Source: Octopus sinensis (lineage: Eukaryota). Taken from it: a stretch of DNA of 64,000 bases. The stretch is from contig NC_043006.1 of the NCBI RefSeq assembly GCF_006345805.1, forward strand, positions 76,818,001 to 76,882,000, in the 5' to 3' direction. Shown here piece after piece: positions 13,101 to 28,528 of this stretch. Within the stretch, counting starts at the first letter, position 1. Each line of letters starts with the position of its first letter. The notes under the pieces were generated by a model that was not told the origin of the DNA, did no database searches, and was given only the letters and a program-made list of their open reading frames with translations. Position numbers and translations under genes: made by a program.

Positions 13101-14324
13101 TTTATTATATACTTTAACAATGTCTACTACCTGTCATAAGTACTTCACCGCAATACGTCCCTGACATTTAACATATTCGGTTTTTAGTGTATTGTACTTT
13201 TGTAGAACGTTTAATGAAATTAAATAGAAATGGTTGTTTCCGTTACTTGCAGCAGCTATCTAACTTTTTTTGACTTTAACTACATTGTATTTTATGTCTC
13301 GAAGACATAAAAAAAAACACTTAACGAGAAGCACAAAATGAAAGCGAACTCTAAGGAATAGGTTAACGAAACCGTTGTTAATTCCACGGTGAAACTTCTA
13401 CTTTCGAAAGTAGTATGCAGTACCGTTTTATTAATGCTATTTTCAGCTAAGTAAACAATCTGCGTCATAAATAAGATTTTAATGTCTTGGCCATGGAGAG
13501 AGTTCAGCACCGATTGGCAAGATATGAATTGTTAACCTTTCCGATGATGGTACCACACCCTTTTCGTCACTGCCGAAGCACCTGATTACACTATATCAAT
13601 GCTTTTGTATGAATAGTTTACTTAGTTCCTTTTGTAGAAGTTTAGGCGTTGCATCTTCCAACAGATTGATCTAGGAACGTTGCCAGGCTAATGCTACGAA
13701 CATTGCTCCTTTTGATATTGTTGTTCTGGCTTTTCTTTTTGCTACATCTCTTCTTCCTAGAATTATGTTGGCCTGCCGAAAGATTTAAACTTCCTGAACA
13801 CCATAAAAAGCAATAATGCTCATAAATTATTATAAGTGGGTCTCCGTCGCTTTCTGCGATGTGTAATTTATGGTTCGATCGACAGAAATACTTGCTCATT
13901 TAATTAAGTGGCTTAGCAAATCCGCAGACACGCGTACATTTAATACAGTTCTCGAACAGAATCAACCATGTGTAACAAGCCTGGATTTTTATGCTACGCA
14001 CACAATTCATACGACAGGCTTCTACCAAATTACCGTCAACACAGTTTCACTCAAAAGGGTTAGGCAATATTGTGACTGGAATAAAAACTCTTGTCTGTGA
14101 TTTCACTCAACGGAATCACATTCGGTGCTTGGGTTGCAAACTTATTTTGTAACAAAACTCTTGCACGATATTCAAACGTTCAAGCTACCCATTCCCATAT
14201 TTAAGAGAAAAGAACATTCCTAATTATAACAAATTATTAAATGAAGTAATTGTATTAAACAGAAAATTTGTTATAGAGAAATAAAAGAAATGATACATTA
14301 CTTGGGCATGTGAAGGCACATGGC

Positions 14325-14538
14325 TTTGTAGTTACGGTATCCGGCTCAAGATCGTAAAGTTGTGAGTTCGATATCTGGTCAGACACTTTATTTCATGTTG
14401 CTCCAATCCACTCAGCTGTCAAAATGAATAGTACCTGTAATTTAAAAGAGCCAGCTTTATCACATTTTGTGTCACGCTGAATCACACTGACAACTACGTG
14501 AAAGGTACGTGTGTTTGTGGAGTACTCGGCCATTTGTA
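14325..14538 (+). mobile_element. SINE family C-related copy, 3'-truncated
   Basis: tRNA-like head GAAGGCACATGGC...GAGTTCGAT; body TACCTGTAATTTAAAAGAGCCAGC...TGTGGAGTACTC shared with 28529-28909. Confidence 0.75.
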
Positions 14539-15774
14539 CGGAATCACATTCGGTGCTCGGGTTGCAAAGCTAACATCTTATTCGATAATCGTGCATCCTT
14601 GTGCATTAAATTATGCTACTCCAATGTACCCGTACACTACACTGTAACTAAACACTCGAACCAAAACCAGAGGCCTCTACACGGTCACTCAGCCTCCTAG
14701 TAAACAGCAGCGAAATTCTCTTTGAAATCACATCCTACCGACTTGAAGAAAAATAAAATGGATAGTGTAAAATCTAGACTGAATATATCTGAAAATAAAA
14801 GCTATTTTGTGGTTCTTATCCTTCTCTATCAACTCAGAACTAAACGACAACATCGGCGATTTCTACAGTGAAACACTTGTCAACGAATAGATACTAATGT
14901 AAATGGTAAACTGGTAGAGCAGAATGGCGAAATTGTGTGTATTTAGTTCACGATCTTTTACGTTCTCGCTTCAAATTTCATGAGTCAACTTTTCTTTCCA
15001 TTCTTTCATTGTGTCATTGATACAAATAAATGATAACATGTTCTAAAAGCCTGCAGCCGTGAACTGCTTCGCTTCCCTTCATCTTACTCATTATAACATA
15101 AAGGAAGGATTGCTATTACTAAAGGATTTTTTTTCTTCTATTTCTTCCTCTCTTTTTTTCTTTTTGTTTTTGTTTCTGTTCTCACTCTTCTCCGTAATTT
15201 GAGAAGGCGAGATGTTGCTGCTTCGGCTGAGCTGCTGTTACTGCTAGTACTACTGCTGCTGCTTATATCGCACTATTGTTTGTTTGTTGTTGTTTTGACA
15301 GCTTTTGTTGTTGATTGAAGCAGTTTTATGGAATACTGATAAATGTTATATTGATTTCTCACATTTTCCCACAAGGTCACATAATGAAGAAGGGGAAACA
15401 CATCCGATAGAAAAGAGTAACACCACCACATCTACCACCTAGAGTATGTTGGATTTAGGTATAAGCTAAGAATCAACAGTTTAGGACCTCACAAACCGCA
15501 TGGGCCCGAAAAATAGTTACAAGGCATATGTTTTCGATTTTAGTGATACTTTCTAATATAATTTTTAAGTAGGAACCGGCAAATTAATAGCATGAACACG
15601 AAACTTATTTTATAACAAAACTCTTGCACGATTTCAAAAGTTCAAGCTAACCATTCCCATATTTAAGAGAAAAGAACATTCCTAATTATAACCAATTATT
15701 AAATGAAGTAATTGTATTAAACAGAAAATTTGTTCTTATTCAACAATAAAAGACAACATGATGTATTATTTGGG

Positions 15775-16062
15775 TATGTGAAGACACATAGCTTTGCGGT
15801 TAGGGTATCCGGCTCAAGATAGTAGAGTTGTGAGTTCGATATGCGGCCCGACACTTTATTTCACATTGCTCTAATCCACTCAGCTGTCAAAATGAGTAGT
15901 ACCTGTAATTTAAAAGGGCCAGCTTTATCACATTTTGTGTCACGCTAAATCACACTGACAACTACGTCAAAGGTACGCGTGTTTGTGGAGTACTCGGTCA
16001 CTTGCACGTTAATTTCACGAGCAGACAACGGAAACACTCCCCGTCTTAACGGACGGAGTGTC
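15775..16062 (+). mobile_element. SINE family C-related copy
   Basis: Same head and body as 14325-14538, continuing to the CGGACGGAGTG tail of family C. Confidence 0.75.
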
Positions 16063-16967
16063 AATTAAGATTTCATTTGTAAAATATTGCTCGTCATTTT
16101 TGTTTTAATTAAGTAAACTTTTAACAAATTTTATTTAACGAAACTTCATTTCACAAAGAGTTTTTCAGAGGAACATACTCTACCTGAAAACAAGTTCTAT
16201 GAAATACTGGTTAAAACCCTCCTGAGTCTAATGTTTATATTTAAAGACTCCGCGCAAACATGATCTTTTGTGTTCCTGAAAACCAGCTCTAGGAAATGCA
16301 GTCTTCGAACCTACTTAACTCTAAATTCTTCCTTCAACGACAACTCATCATGCACAGACCTGGAATTTTTTTCTCTGTACCCTGGTGTTTCTCGAAACTA
16401 ACTCCAGAAGGGCTCCAGTCTTGGAGCCCTTCCCAATTGTAAATTCGATACTTCCTCCATCTAACTCATATCTTATTCTGTACAACTTTTGTGAGTGATC
16501 GATTGCGTACGCATCTGTTTGAGTATGTTTCGACTTGGGTACGTAGGTATTTACGAAAACCGGTAGAGTTAAGCATCAAAACAGATTTACAAAGTTTTAT
16601 AAAATGAAAATATATACATGTGGCACAAGTAGTCATTAGTTGTGTTATACTTAAATTCAAGGACCCTAGGAGAGCATTATCCAGTACGTCAATTGCCAAG
16701 ATGGTAGACGTTGCAATGTGAGGGATATTTCACTGCTATTTACAGCAATTACAGCGGTGACATAGAATTGCTTTTGTCATTGTACATATAGGCCTTAGCA
16801 CGGCTGTGATTTTAAGAAGATCGCTTTTCAATCATGTGGCCTCGAGTTTAGTTCTGCTGCGCAGCACTTTGGGAGAGTATCTTCTACCAAAGCCTTATAA
16901 GTGAATTTGCTACACGGAAACTGTAAAGCCTGGTCACACTCGCGCGTGCACACACATACATACATGC

Positions 16968-17028
<61 letters not shown>

Positions 17029-17031
<3 letters not shown>

Positions 17032-17448
17032 TATATACATATACATCATATATCATATAGTTGCAGACATCGCTAGTAACAACCTTGTTTCAAAAACCAC
17101 GTGCCCCCGAGTTCACTCCCATTGCAACTTCAGCAAGTGTCTTCTACTATAGCCTCGGTCCGACTAAAGCCTTGTGAGTGGATTTGGCAGACGGAAACTG
17201 AAAAAAGCCTGTCATATATATATGGGTGCGCGCGTGTCTGTGTGTGTCTGTCTGTGTTTATCTCACACCATCATTTGAAACCGATGTTAGTGTGTTTACG
17301 TCCCCGTAACTTAGGTTCGGCAAAACACTGATAGAATAAGTACTAGGCTTACAAATAATAAGTCCTGGTGTTAATCTGTTCGACTACAGGCGGTGCTCCA
17401 GCATGGCCGCAATCAACTGACTGAAACAAGTAAGAGAGTAAAAGAGTA

Positions 17449-17480
<32 letters not shown>

Positions 17481-17482
17481 TA

Positions 17483-17521
<39 letters not shown>

Positions 17522-17938
17522 TATATACATATACATCATATATCATATAGTTGCAGACATCGCTAGTAACAACCTTGTTTCAAAAACCACGTGCCCCCGA
17601 GTTCACTCCCATTGCAACTTCAGCAAGTGTCTTCTACTATAGCCTCGGTCCGACTAAAGCCTTGTGAGTGGATTTGGCAGACGGAAACTGAAAAAAGCCT
17701 GTCATATATATATGGGTGCGCGCGTGTCTGTGTGTGTCTGTCTGTGTTTATCTCACACCATCATTTGAAACCGATGTTAGTGTGTTTACGTCCCCGTAAC
17801 TTAGGTTCGGCAAAACACTGATAGAATAAGTACTAGGCTTACAAATAATAAGTCCTGGTGTTAATCTGTTCGACTACAGGCGGTGCTCCAGCATGGCCGC
17901 AATCAACTGACTGAAACAAGTAAGAGAGTAAAAGAGTA

Positions 17939-17970
<32 letters not shown>

Positions 17971-17972
17971 TA

Positions 17973-18011
<39 letters not shown>

Positions 18012-18426
18012 TATATACATATACATCATATATCATATAGTTGCAGACATCGCTAGTAACAACCTTGTTTCAAAAACCACGTGCCCCCGAGTTCACTCCC
18101 ATTGCAACTTCAGCAAGTGTCTTCTACTATAGCCTCGGTCCGACTAAAGCCTTGTGAGTGGATTTGGCAGACGGAAACTGAAAAAAGCCTGTCATATATA
18201 TATGGGTGCGCGCGTGTCTGTGTGTGTCTGTCTGTGTTTATCTCACACCATCATTTGAAACCGATGTTAGTGTGTTTACGTCCCCGTAACTTAGGTTCGG
18301 CAAAACACTGATAGAATAAGTACTAGGCTTACAAATAATAAGTCCTGGTGTTAATCTGTTCGACTACAGGCGGTGCTCCAGCATGGCCGCAATCAACTGA
18401 CTGAAACAAGTAAGAGAGTAAAAGAG

Positions 18427-18460
<34 letters not shown>
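17029..18460 (+). repeat. Three tandem 490-bp units (unique flank + degenerate SINE A + interrupted TA tract)
   Basis: Unit starts at 17029, 17519 and 18009; the ORF track shows identical peptides at 490-bp offsets. Confidence 0.95.
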
Positions 18461-18467
<7 letters not shown>

Positions 18468-18539
18468 TTTCGGTGCGAATGGTTTTGTTATATGGTGCCG
18501 AGTTTTACAATCCTGTAAATAATAATAATGGTATTTATG

Positions 18540-18784
18540 TAAGCTTAAAGCTTAAAGCGATCCCCATGCAATGACTAATGAAAATCCTCTAATGATGAGG
18601 TATATTATCCCTCGAAAGAAAAAGGAGGGTTCCCATTCGTGTGGAACTCGAACCCACATCCCTTTGGGCTCGAATCCCACGCAGATGGGAAAGCCTACTT
18701 TTTTTCTGTCTAGGGCTTATATGCCTCATTATAGGACTATTTTCCTTAGTCATTGCAAGGTGACCACTATAAGATTTAAGCTTA
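18540..18784. mobile_element. MITE, about 245 bp, with roughly 70-bp imperfect TIRs
   Basis: TAAGCTTAAA...TGCAATGACTAA at the left end is mirrored by TTAGTCATTGCA...TTTAAGCTTA at the right; TA at both ends. Confidence 0.7.
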
Positions 18785-18794
18785 TATCTCTTGA

Positions 18795-19018
18795 CCCCCT
18801 TCGGTCATGAGTGACCATGGGTTTGCACCTAGAGAGTTACCCTCTGAGGCACAAGTCTGGGCAAGGTTGTTTTTATGGAAGACCAGTAGTCGCCCATGCA
18901 TACCGGCCTCCCTCTCCACGCCACCAGTGTTATCCAAGGGAAAGACAAAGGTCGATACAGCTTGGCACCTGTGACGTCGCAACTCATTTCTACAGCTGAG
19001 TGAACTGGAGCAACGTAT
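18795..19018 (-). mobile_element. SINE body/tail fragment with the head missing
   Basis: Minus strand starts GTTGCTCCAGTTCACTCAGCTG, a block shared with the SINE at about 14398-14420; GC-rich tail follows. Confidence 0.55.
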
Positions 19019-19783
19019 GCAATATATATATATATATACAATGTAATATAATATATGTGTGTGCGCTGTTCGTGCGTGTGTCAATTTCCGTCTTTCTTGT
19101 CCTCCATCACCGCTTAACAGTATATGTTGGTTCCCTTGCGATCCTGTAACTTAGCAGTTCGGCAAAAATAACCTCTAGAATAAGTGCCAACCTTCGGAAT
19201 AAAAAATAAGTACTGGGGTTAATTTGTTCAATTAAAACCCTTGAAGGAGGTTCCCCAGTCTAATGACGGGTACAATTACAAATGAACGATAAAACATGAG
19301 CGTCGTTGTAATTTTCGTTGTTTTATTAACCCTGGGTCAACTCTGGGAGAGAATTGACCATTTTCTCGTTTTCTTAAGTTCTGTAAACCTAGAGATTTTA
19401 AATTGAGAAAGATATGGCTGTTGTTTCTTGCAATCCGAGCGACCGCGTAATCTCGTTGAGGTGGTTACTCTCAAGCCTTTTCTTTTCTTCTTTGTTTTTT
19501 TACTTGTTTCAACCATTAGACTGTGGCCATGCTGTAGCTCCGCTTTCAAGGGTATTACTTGAACAAGCGAAACCATTGTACTAGATTGTTTTTGCGTTTG
19601 GTACTATTTACTCCATAGCCTCTAATGCCGAATCACTATGTTTCCGGAACGTAAACAAACCAATACCGTTTGTCGAACAGAATGAGGAAACAAGCAGACG
19701 GACACACACACACACACACATAATGTGTGTATATGCATGAAGGTTTGCATGAATGCATGTGTGTGTGTGTGTTTGTGTATGTG

Positions 19784-19816
<33 letters not shown>

Positions 19817-20632
19817 ATGGCGGGTTTCCACGCAGTTTCTATCAGAAAGGCATTGGTCAGCCCGGCAATATGATATATGTGATATGTGTGTGTGTATGTG
19901 TGCATGTGCGCGTGTAGTGTGCGGTTATGCGTGTGCGTGCATGTGCGCGAGTATATTTCTAGCAGAAGACACTCGTCCATGCTATACACCCCACCACCAC
20001 CACCATGATGGATAAATCAGATTTATTTTTCTATTTCAAATTAATCCAGAAAGATTAAATGGTCAATACTACTCCTTATATTTCTTTCTTATATATTTAC
20101 TTTCCAAAACCGCTACTACTGCTGCAGGTACCGCTGCATTTACTGCTGTTTCTCTTACAACTGCTACAGTGCTTTACAAATTATATAATAAGTACTACAA
20201 CTGCTGCTCCTGACTTTTTCTTCTGTTGCTATTACTACTACTTCTACTTCTGCTGCTGCTACTGCTGCTGCTACTGCTGCTGCTACTGTTGCTGATGGAG
20301 CTACTGTCATACCTGTTGTTGTTGTTGTGCTTTTTTTCTCTTTTATATTGTTATTGTTTTGCACTAAAATCACTACTGCTAACTTCTCAGTAAGATTTAC
20401 TTACCACAAGCGAATCCAGCTGTCTAAAAGGCGGGTTCACAGACGAGAGAAAAAGCATAGTTCCATTGCTGAACATAAAAACAGACGATTTCTAACACCT
20501 GTGCGCAACGGGAGACACAAATTGCATCTGTGTTTAGTACTTAGATAAAAAGGTTAGATCACATTGTAGAAAAGAGCATCAGAATATACCGTAGACTGTT
20601 TCATACTTCATAGTTAGATATTTCCATGTACG

Positions 20633-20712
<80 letters not shown>

Positions 20713-21077
20713 CACGAGCGTATCATCTCATTCGTATAAATAATGCTTATATATATATATGTATGTATATATGCGTGTGTGTGCGTTATGTGTGTATACT
20801 CTTCGTTTCTGTCATAGAATGGAATGACTAACGTAACATATATCTTGTTACCTATCTTATAAGTACATGCCAAACGATATATATGTTTGTATGTGTGTGT
20901 GTGTGTGTATACATATATATACACATATACATGCCATATATATCTTTCACAAGATATTTTCGTCTGTGTGTGTGTTTGTGCGTGTGTGTCTGTATGTGTC
21001 TGTGTGTGTTTGTGCGTATGTGTGTGTATGTGTGTCTGTGTGTGTGTACGTGTGTGTGTGTGTGTGTGTGTGCATGT

Positions 21078-21118
<41 letters not shown>

Positions 21119-21420
21119 CGTGTGTGTTGTAGAAACTAGTTTGGTGTGTGAATAAATCTTTTACTCAATTTAAAAAACGACTACACATTTTTAAATTCAG
21201 GTGTTTTCAACCCCCAAAAGAAATTCTGCTTGTTTGACTTCCTGGTAGGGATTCAATACGTTGTTTTTTGCCTCATGGTCATCTGACGTTCCATATGCTT
21301 TGTTCCCATAAAAAGGTCTCTATTTGTATTTTTCTGAGAGTCCGGTCCTGCCCGGGGAAATATTTCATTGATTTTGTCTGAGATGACGTCAGCAACTGGT
21401 GTTTGAGAAAATGTACGGTG

Positions 21421-21652
21421 TTACTCTTTTACTCTTTTACTTGTTTCAGTCATTTGACTGTGGCCATGCTGGAGCACCGCCTTTTAGTCGAGGAAATCGA
21501 TCCCAGGACTTATTCTTTTGTAAGCCTAGTACTTATTCTATCGGTCTCTTTTGCTGAACCGCTAAGTTACGGGGACGTAAACACACCAGCATCGGTTGTC
21601 AAGCGATGTTGGGGGGACAATCACAGACAACAAACATATACACACACGTACA

Positions 21653-21691
<39 letters not shown>

Positions 21692-21845
21692 GACAGGCTT
21701 CTTTTAGTTTCCGTCTGCCAAATCCACTCAAAAGGGTTTGGTCGGCCTGAGGCTATAGTAAAAGACAGTTGCCCAAGTTGCCACGCAGTGGGACTGAACC
21801 CGGAACTATGTAGTTCGTAAGCAAGCTACTTACCACACAGCCACT
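21421..21845 (-). mobile_element. SINE family A, near full length
   Basis: Reverse complement of the family A consensus from the (TACTCTTT) tail to CCACACAGCCAC. Confidence 0.9.
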
Positions 21846-22049
21846 TGGGGTTTCGAATGCTTGAGGTAACCTTATACTTACACGTTTCGAATTATAACTT
21901 TTGTCTCTAGTCATTTCTCGTGGGAAAATTAGGTTTGCTCTTTTTCGTGTGTTATTATAGAATGTTTAGTTGCGGTTCGTACTTTTTAATGAAATATGAT
22001 TTCCATATTCAATCGGAGTTAGGTTGAAGTGTTTCAAGTGTCAAAGCCA

Positions 22050-23070
22050 AGATATTTTGTCCAAAACAGAAAATGATTTTGATCAAAATAAAGTGAGGTC
22101 ACGAAACCTACAACCAATGAGAACTTGTTCCTTGACAATGGTCAACAGGGTAAAAATGTAATCAGGAAGCTGGCGAAATGGCAGAATCGTTAGCACGCCG
22201 AGTGAAATGCCTAGCGGTACTTTGTCTGCCGCTACGTTCTGAGTTCAAATTCCGCCGAGGTCGACATTGCCTTTCATCCTTTCGGGGTCGATTAAATAAG
22301 TACCATTTACGTACTGGGGTCGATATAATCGACTTAATCAGTTTGTCTGTACTTGTTTGTTCCCTCTGTGTTTAGCCCCTTGTGGGTAGTAAAGAAATAG
22401 GAAGCTAACCAGCCAAAACACCAGACTTTGTCAAAACAAAGCATTTGACCAAAAACACTCTAGAGAAAAATAATAAGACGTCATCAGAATTATAACCAAT
22501 CAAAAATACGATATTTTTCAATGAAACATATGTATACTAAAAGACTCGACCTTAAAGCATTTCAAATTCCAATAAGTCGTAAAGGAAAAGAGGCCAATGC
22601 AGTGAGATTGAAGATGAAAAAAGAACTACACGCACCTCGACAGAAATTGTAAACAAACCGTTTTTCTTTCTCTCCATCTTTTTCTCTTTCTTCTCCACAT
22701 TCTTTACAAAAACTCAGTTTGTTTGAACTTTCAATTATGTACGTTTGTTATGATCACTTAACATTTACACTTCTATTGCCAGCTATCCCTGTGAAACTCT
22801 TTGAGATTTCTGTGAACATTTGAACATTTGAAAGTTAATGTATGTTTGTCCAATTTTTACCTTGTAATTTTAAACTCTCTTAAACCATTTATTTATATAT
22901 TTGTACCATTGATAAACAAAATAAGTTGTCTAAACTAGTTTGGTATGTGAATAAATCTTTCCCAGAATTCAAGAAACGACTTCACCACATCTTCACATTT
23001 TTAGATTCAGGTCTATTTTCAAACACCAGATCAAATTCTATATGTTTCGTGCTTGGGAATACACTTCTGT
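22050..23070 (-). mobile_element. Older, diverged copy of the foldback family (spacer plus one arm), interrupted by a SINE B
   Basis: Matches the reverse complement of 36290-37450 in blocks: TCAAAATA..GTGAGGTCACGAAAC (spacer), AAGACGTCATCAGAATTATAAC, ATATTTGTACCATT, AAACTAGTTTGG. Confidence 0.6.
22168..22400 (+). mobile_element. SINE family B (tail type A)
   Basis: Head ...GGCAGAATCGTTAGC, B-box GAGTTCAAATTCC, central GCCTTTCATCCTTTCGGGGTCGAT, tail ...CCCCTTGTGGGTAGTAAAGAAATAG. Confidence 0.9.
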
Positions 23071-23308
23071 CCATACACACACACACATATATGTATACAC
23101 AAATATATATATACATATATATTCATATATATATATATATATATAATATATATATTATATATATATATATTATATATATATACAAATATACATATATACA
23201 TAGATATATATATACACTTACATGCATGCTTGTATATATGTATTTCTCTGTTTCTCACTTTCTCTCTCCCTGTATATATATATGTGTGTGTGTGCGTGTC
23301 TACGTGTG

Positions 23309-23349
<41 letters not shown>

Positions 23350-24056
23350 TATATATATATAAAGTGAGAGAGGGAGTTGGGGAGGCAGTAAATGTAGATA
23401 TACATAACTAACCCACAAAACATATAAGAAATGCATGAATGTAAAAACTTCTTGTCTTGAAGCAGAGCCTAAAATCAATAAGTTGGATACCCGTTACCGG
23501 TTATTGGAATGAATCATTTAATTCCATTTACTGCAGTAGTGAGTAGAATAATTGAATGTTTCTCATTTATATATACAGAGTTTCATACACATATATAGAT
23601 GAAAGCATACATAACTACACATCCCTGCACGTACGTATGCAGATACACATAATAATGCAATCTCTTATTCTTCTAAAGTTCAACATGTTCGTTGTTACGA
23701 TGTAAAATTCCAGCGATTAATTTTTGTTCTTCGTTAGATAGAAGATCATTTTTTTTTATTGGGCGAATTGCAATAATTAAAGAAGAGAGTTAACATACAT
23801 AAATGCTTGTAGGACAGACAGACAAAAATATAGGCATACATGTATTCAAATAGGCGAACTTGCATACATGCATACAACACACACACATACACATACACAC
23901 ATACTCACACACACACACACACACACACAGAGGCACGTATACAGACCGATAGACAGGCAAATAGACAGACAAGCCGAGAGGTAGACGGACTGACGGTCTC
24001 AAATATCGAAACAGACTTCCTGGCACGCACTCGTACATCATCATACACGGTAATAC

Positions 24057-24215
24057 CTATTTCTTTACTACCCACAAGGAGCTAAACACAGAGGGGACAA
24101 ACAAGGACAGACAAACGGATTAAGTCGATTACATCACCCCAGTGCTTAACTGGTACTTATTTAATCGACCCCGAAAGGATGAAAGGCAAAGTCGACCTCG
24201 GCGGAATTTGAACTC
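24057..24215 (-). mobile_element. SINE family B, 5'-truncated
   Basis: Reverse complement of the family B tail through the B-box. Confidence 0.85.
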
Positions 24216-24466
24216 GCCATCTCCACAGATGATTATCTTCTTGTACTTTCCCGTTGTCAGTGACGTTTCTTGAACTCTTAGATGCGTATTGAGTTCCCTT
24301 TCAGACCTATATGTATTTGAAGGGTGATTGATGAAAGTTGTAACTTACAGTACGCTTCTAAGTGGTTACTTCTGCTTTTCTATCGCCACAGGTGAAACTC
24401 ATTTTTCATTCTCTCTACTGAATGCAGACGGAAAGTTCTTGCTTGTTCGTGTCTGTGTGTGTGTGC

Positions 24467-24498
<32 letters not shown>

Positions 24499-24749
24499 GT
24501 GTAAGAACAAGCACGCACACACAACCCATTAGCTTTCCTCTCCTCCTCCCATTTTAGAAGCTGTCACGGAGGTCACGAAGATATCCGAAGTGAATTATCG
24601 AGTTGTCACGGAAACACCCGAAGTTTTGTTTCGGTCTCGTTGAGTCAAATCGAAAAAAAAAATGATATCTAGCATTTTTATATATATATATATAGAAGAC
24701 TTTAAATGCTACTGAAATTTTCTTCTTAATATTAATATGCAAACATTAA

Positions 24750-25203
24750 GGTGGTGAGCTGGCAGAATAGTTTGTATGCCGGGCAAAACGCTTGGTGGAA
24801 TTTCGTCCGCCTTTACGTTCTGAGTTCAAAAGCCGTCGGGGTTGACTTTACTTTTCATCATTTCAGGGTCAATAAAACAAGGACCACTTGAGCACTAGTA
24901 TAATCGACTTAACCCTACCTCAAAATCACTAGCATTGTGCCGAAAATTGAAATCAATATTCAATGTCAATATATCAAATAAACAGGGTTGCGAGCTGGCA
25001 GAATTGTTAGCATAACAGGCAAGCTGCTTAGCGGTATTCCGTCTGTCATTACGTTTTGATTTCAAATTCCGCCGAGGTCGACGTTTACATCTCTGATTTC
25101 GAGGTCGATAGGATAAGTACGAATCCAGCACAAGGGGTTGATGTAATCGTCTTACCCATCCCTCCAAATCTCTAACCTTGTGCCAAAAAGTGAAATCAAT
25201 ATT
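24750..25203 (+). mobile_element. Two adjacent SINE family B copies carrying an alternative tail (type B)
   Basis: Heads at about 24750 and 24985; both end ...TTGTGCC...GAAATCAATATT instead of the CCCCTTGTGG tail. Confidence 0.7.
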
Positions 25204-25989
25204 TAACGTAAACGAATAAAAACCTTCATGGCTTAAGTTATAAGTCGACTGTTCCCAGTTCGGATAAAATCTATCTTTAATTTTCAAAAGTGCACAGTTT
25301 GTATTCTACATGCAAAATTTCTGATAATATTAATGGTTGAAATATTGTTTTAGACACTTCATATGATAATATTGACGTAACTTATGTATAAGTGGTATTT
25401 TCATCTCATAGAGAAAGTTTTTCTGCTGAATTTCATTTTGTTGAAATCTAAGCAAAGGAGGCCTCAAATAGCGTTAGTAAAAGTAACGAAGAGGCAGTAA
25501 AAAATGTTTTGACGGAAACTGAAAGAAGATTGTCGTTTGTGTGTGTGTGTGTGTGCGTGTGTGTGTGTGTTGTGTGTGTGTCTGTGTGTATGTGTGTGTG
25601 TGGTGCGTAAATGAAAGGAAGGGATAGTTTAAGATATTTGATGGGAATGAAAAAAGCACGTCATATTTATTTGTTTTTTTTTATGTATGTTTGTGTTGTG
25701 TGTGTGTATTTGTGTTGTCCCTCACCAATATTTGATAACCGGTGTCGGTCCCCTTACGTCTCCGTAACAGTGGCTTAGAAATTTGTCAGTGAACAGGTCG
25801 CGGTCTCAAAGAGAGGAACATATTTTGGCAAATTAAATTTATATGTTGAAGCGAATCTAACGGTTTTTGTGCGTTTCTTAAATGGCTTATAAACACCTTC
25901 CACGCTGCAATTGTTTAGATATATATATATATATATATCATATTTATATTATTATATGACTGAACGACACGTATCCTCTTCCAAGTAAG

Positions 25990-26520
<531 letters not shown>

Positions 26521-26749
26521 CATATGATAATAAATATTTTGCAAATAAAAGACTATAATTGCGTGTAATGTTTGCCGAAGTGTTCCATGTATTTGAATAA
26601 ATTATATCGAATTACATTGAAGCTAGAGTAATAATATTCTAATATTATGTAACGGAAATGAAGTAATACATGAAAGCAAATCAACACATAGCGCCCCCTC
26701 CTCCCACACGTATAAACGCAAACACACAGGCATGCATATAAGTTGCTAT

Positions 26750-27845
<1,096 letters not shown>

Positions 27846-28151
27846 TCTGTTTTGTAAATCTCATTTTCACGCTCATTCTTCAAACTATTTAAAAACAGTG
27901 ACTAGTGTGAGAATATGTAAAGAAATCAGTTCTCAAACACTTTCGTGTAAAAATATTTAAGAGTAGATTGATATTGCATTGTGGATCACAAAAACAAACT
28001 TGTTAGAAAAATCTATCACACATTCAACTAATCATCATTATGTTTACATCGCGTTACATTTTCATTTATTCACCTCAGAAACATGGTGTGAAATATGTGA
28101 ATGTTCTATAGATACGTGTGTGTGTGCCCCTGTGTGTGTGTGTCTTTATGC

Positions 28152-28199
<48 letters not shown>

Positions 28200-28528
28200 T
28201 AATATATATATTTTAATTTATATTTGATGTCAAATTTTTATAACTTCGAGAAACCGTGAAACAATTCACTTTTCGAATAATGTGACTCCATGCAGATAAC
28301 GCTTATAAATTGTAGTGTGTAAATATTGCAGTAAAAGATCGTTATGAATAGAAAAAGAGCCTCTGGTAACACTTGACCTTTTCTATTCAAATGCCTGTAA
28401 ACCCAGTGTTTACATGCTATCATTTATAGCTTAATCTGTTTTTAGTTTCTATATTCCGAAAAAGAATTTTATAGCTACACACACACACATACACAGACAC
28501 ACACAGACACACACATATATATATATGG

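Noticed and set aside
13430-13900. Possible decayed ORF on the minus strand
   Set aside because: Interrupted by stops and no recognisable motif; cannot be assigned without a search.
16408-16431. Perfect 10-bp hairpin AAGGGCTCCA-GTCT-TGGAGCCCTT as a Helitron end or terminator
   Set aside because: No CTRR terminus follows, and intrinsic terminators are not meaningful in this eukaryotic context.
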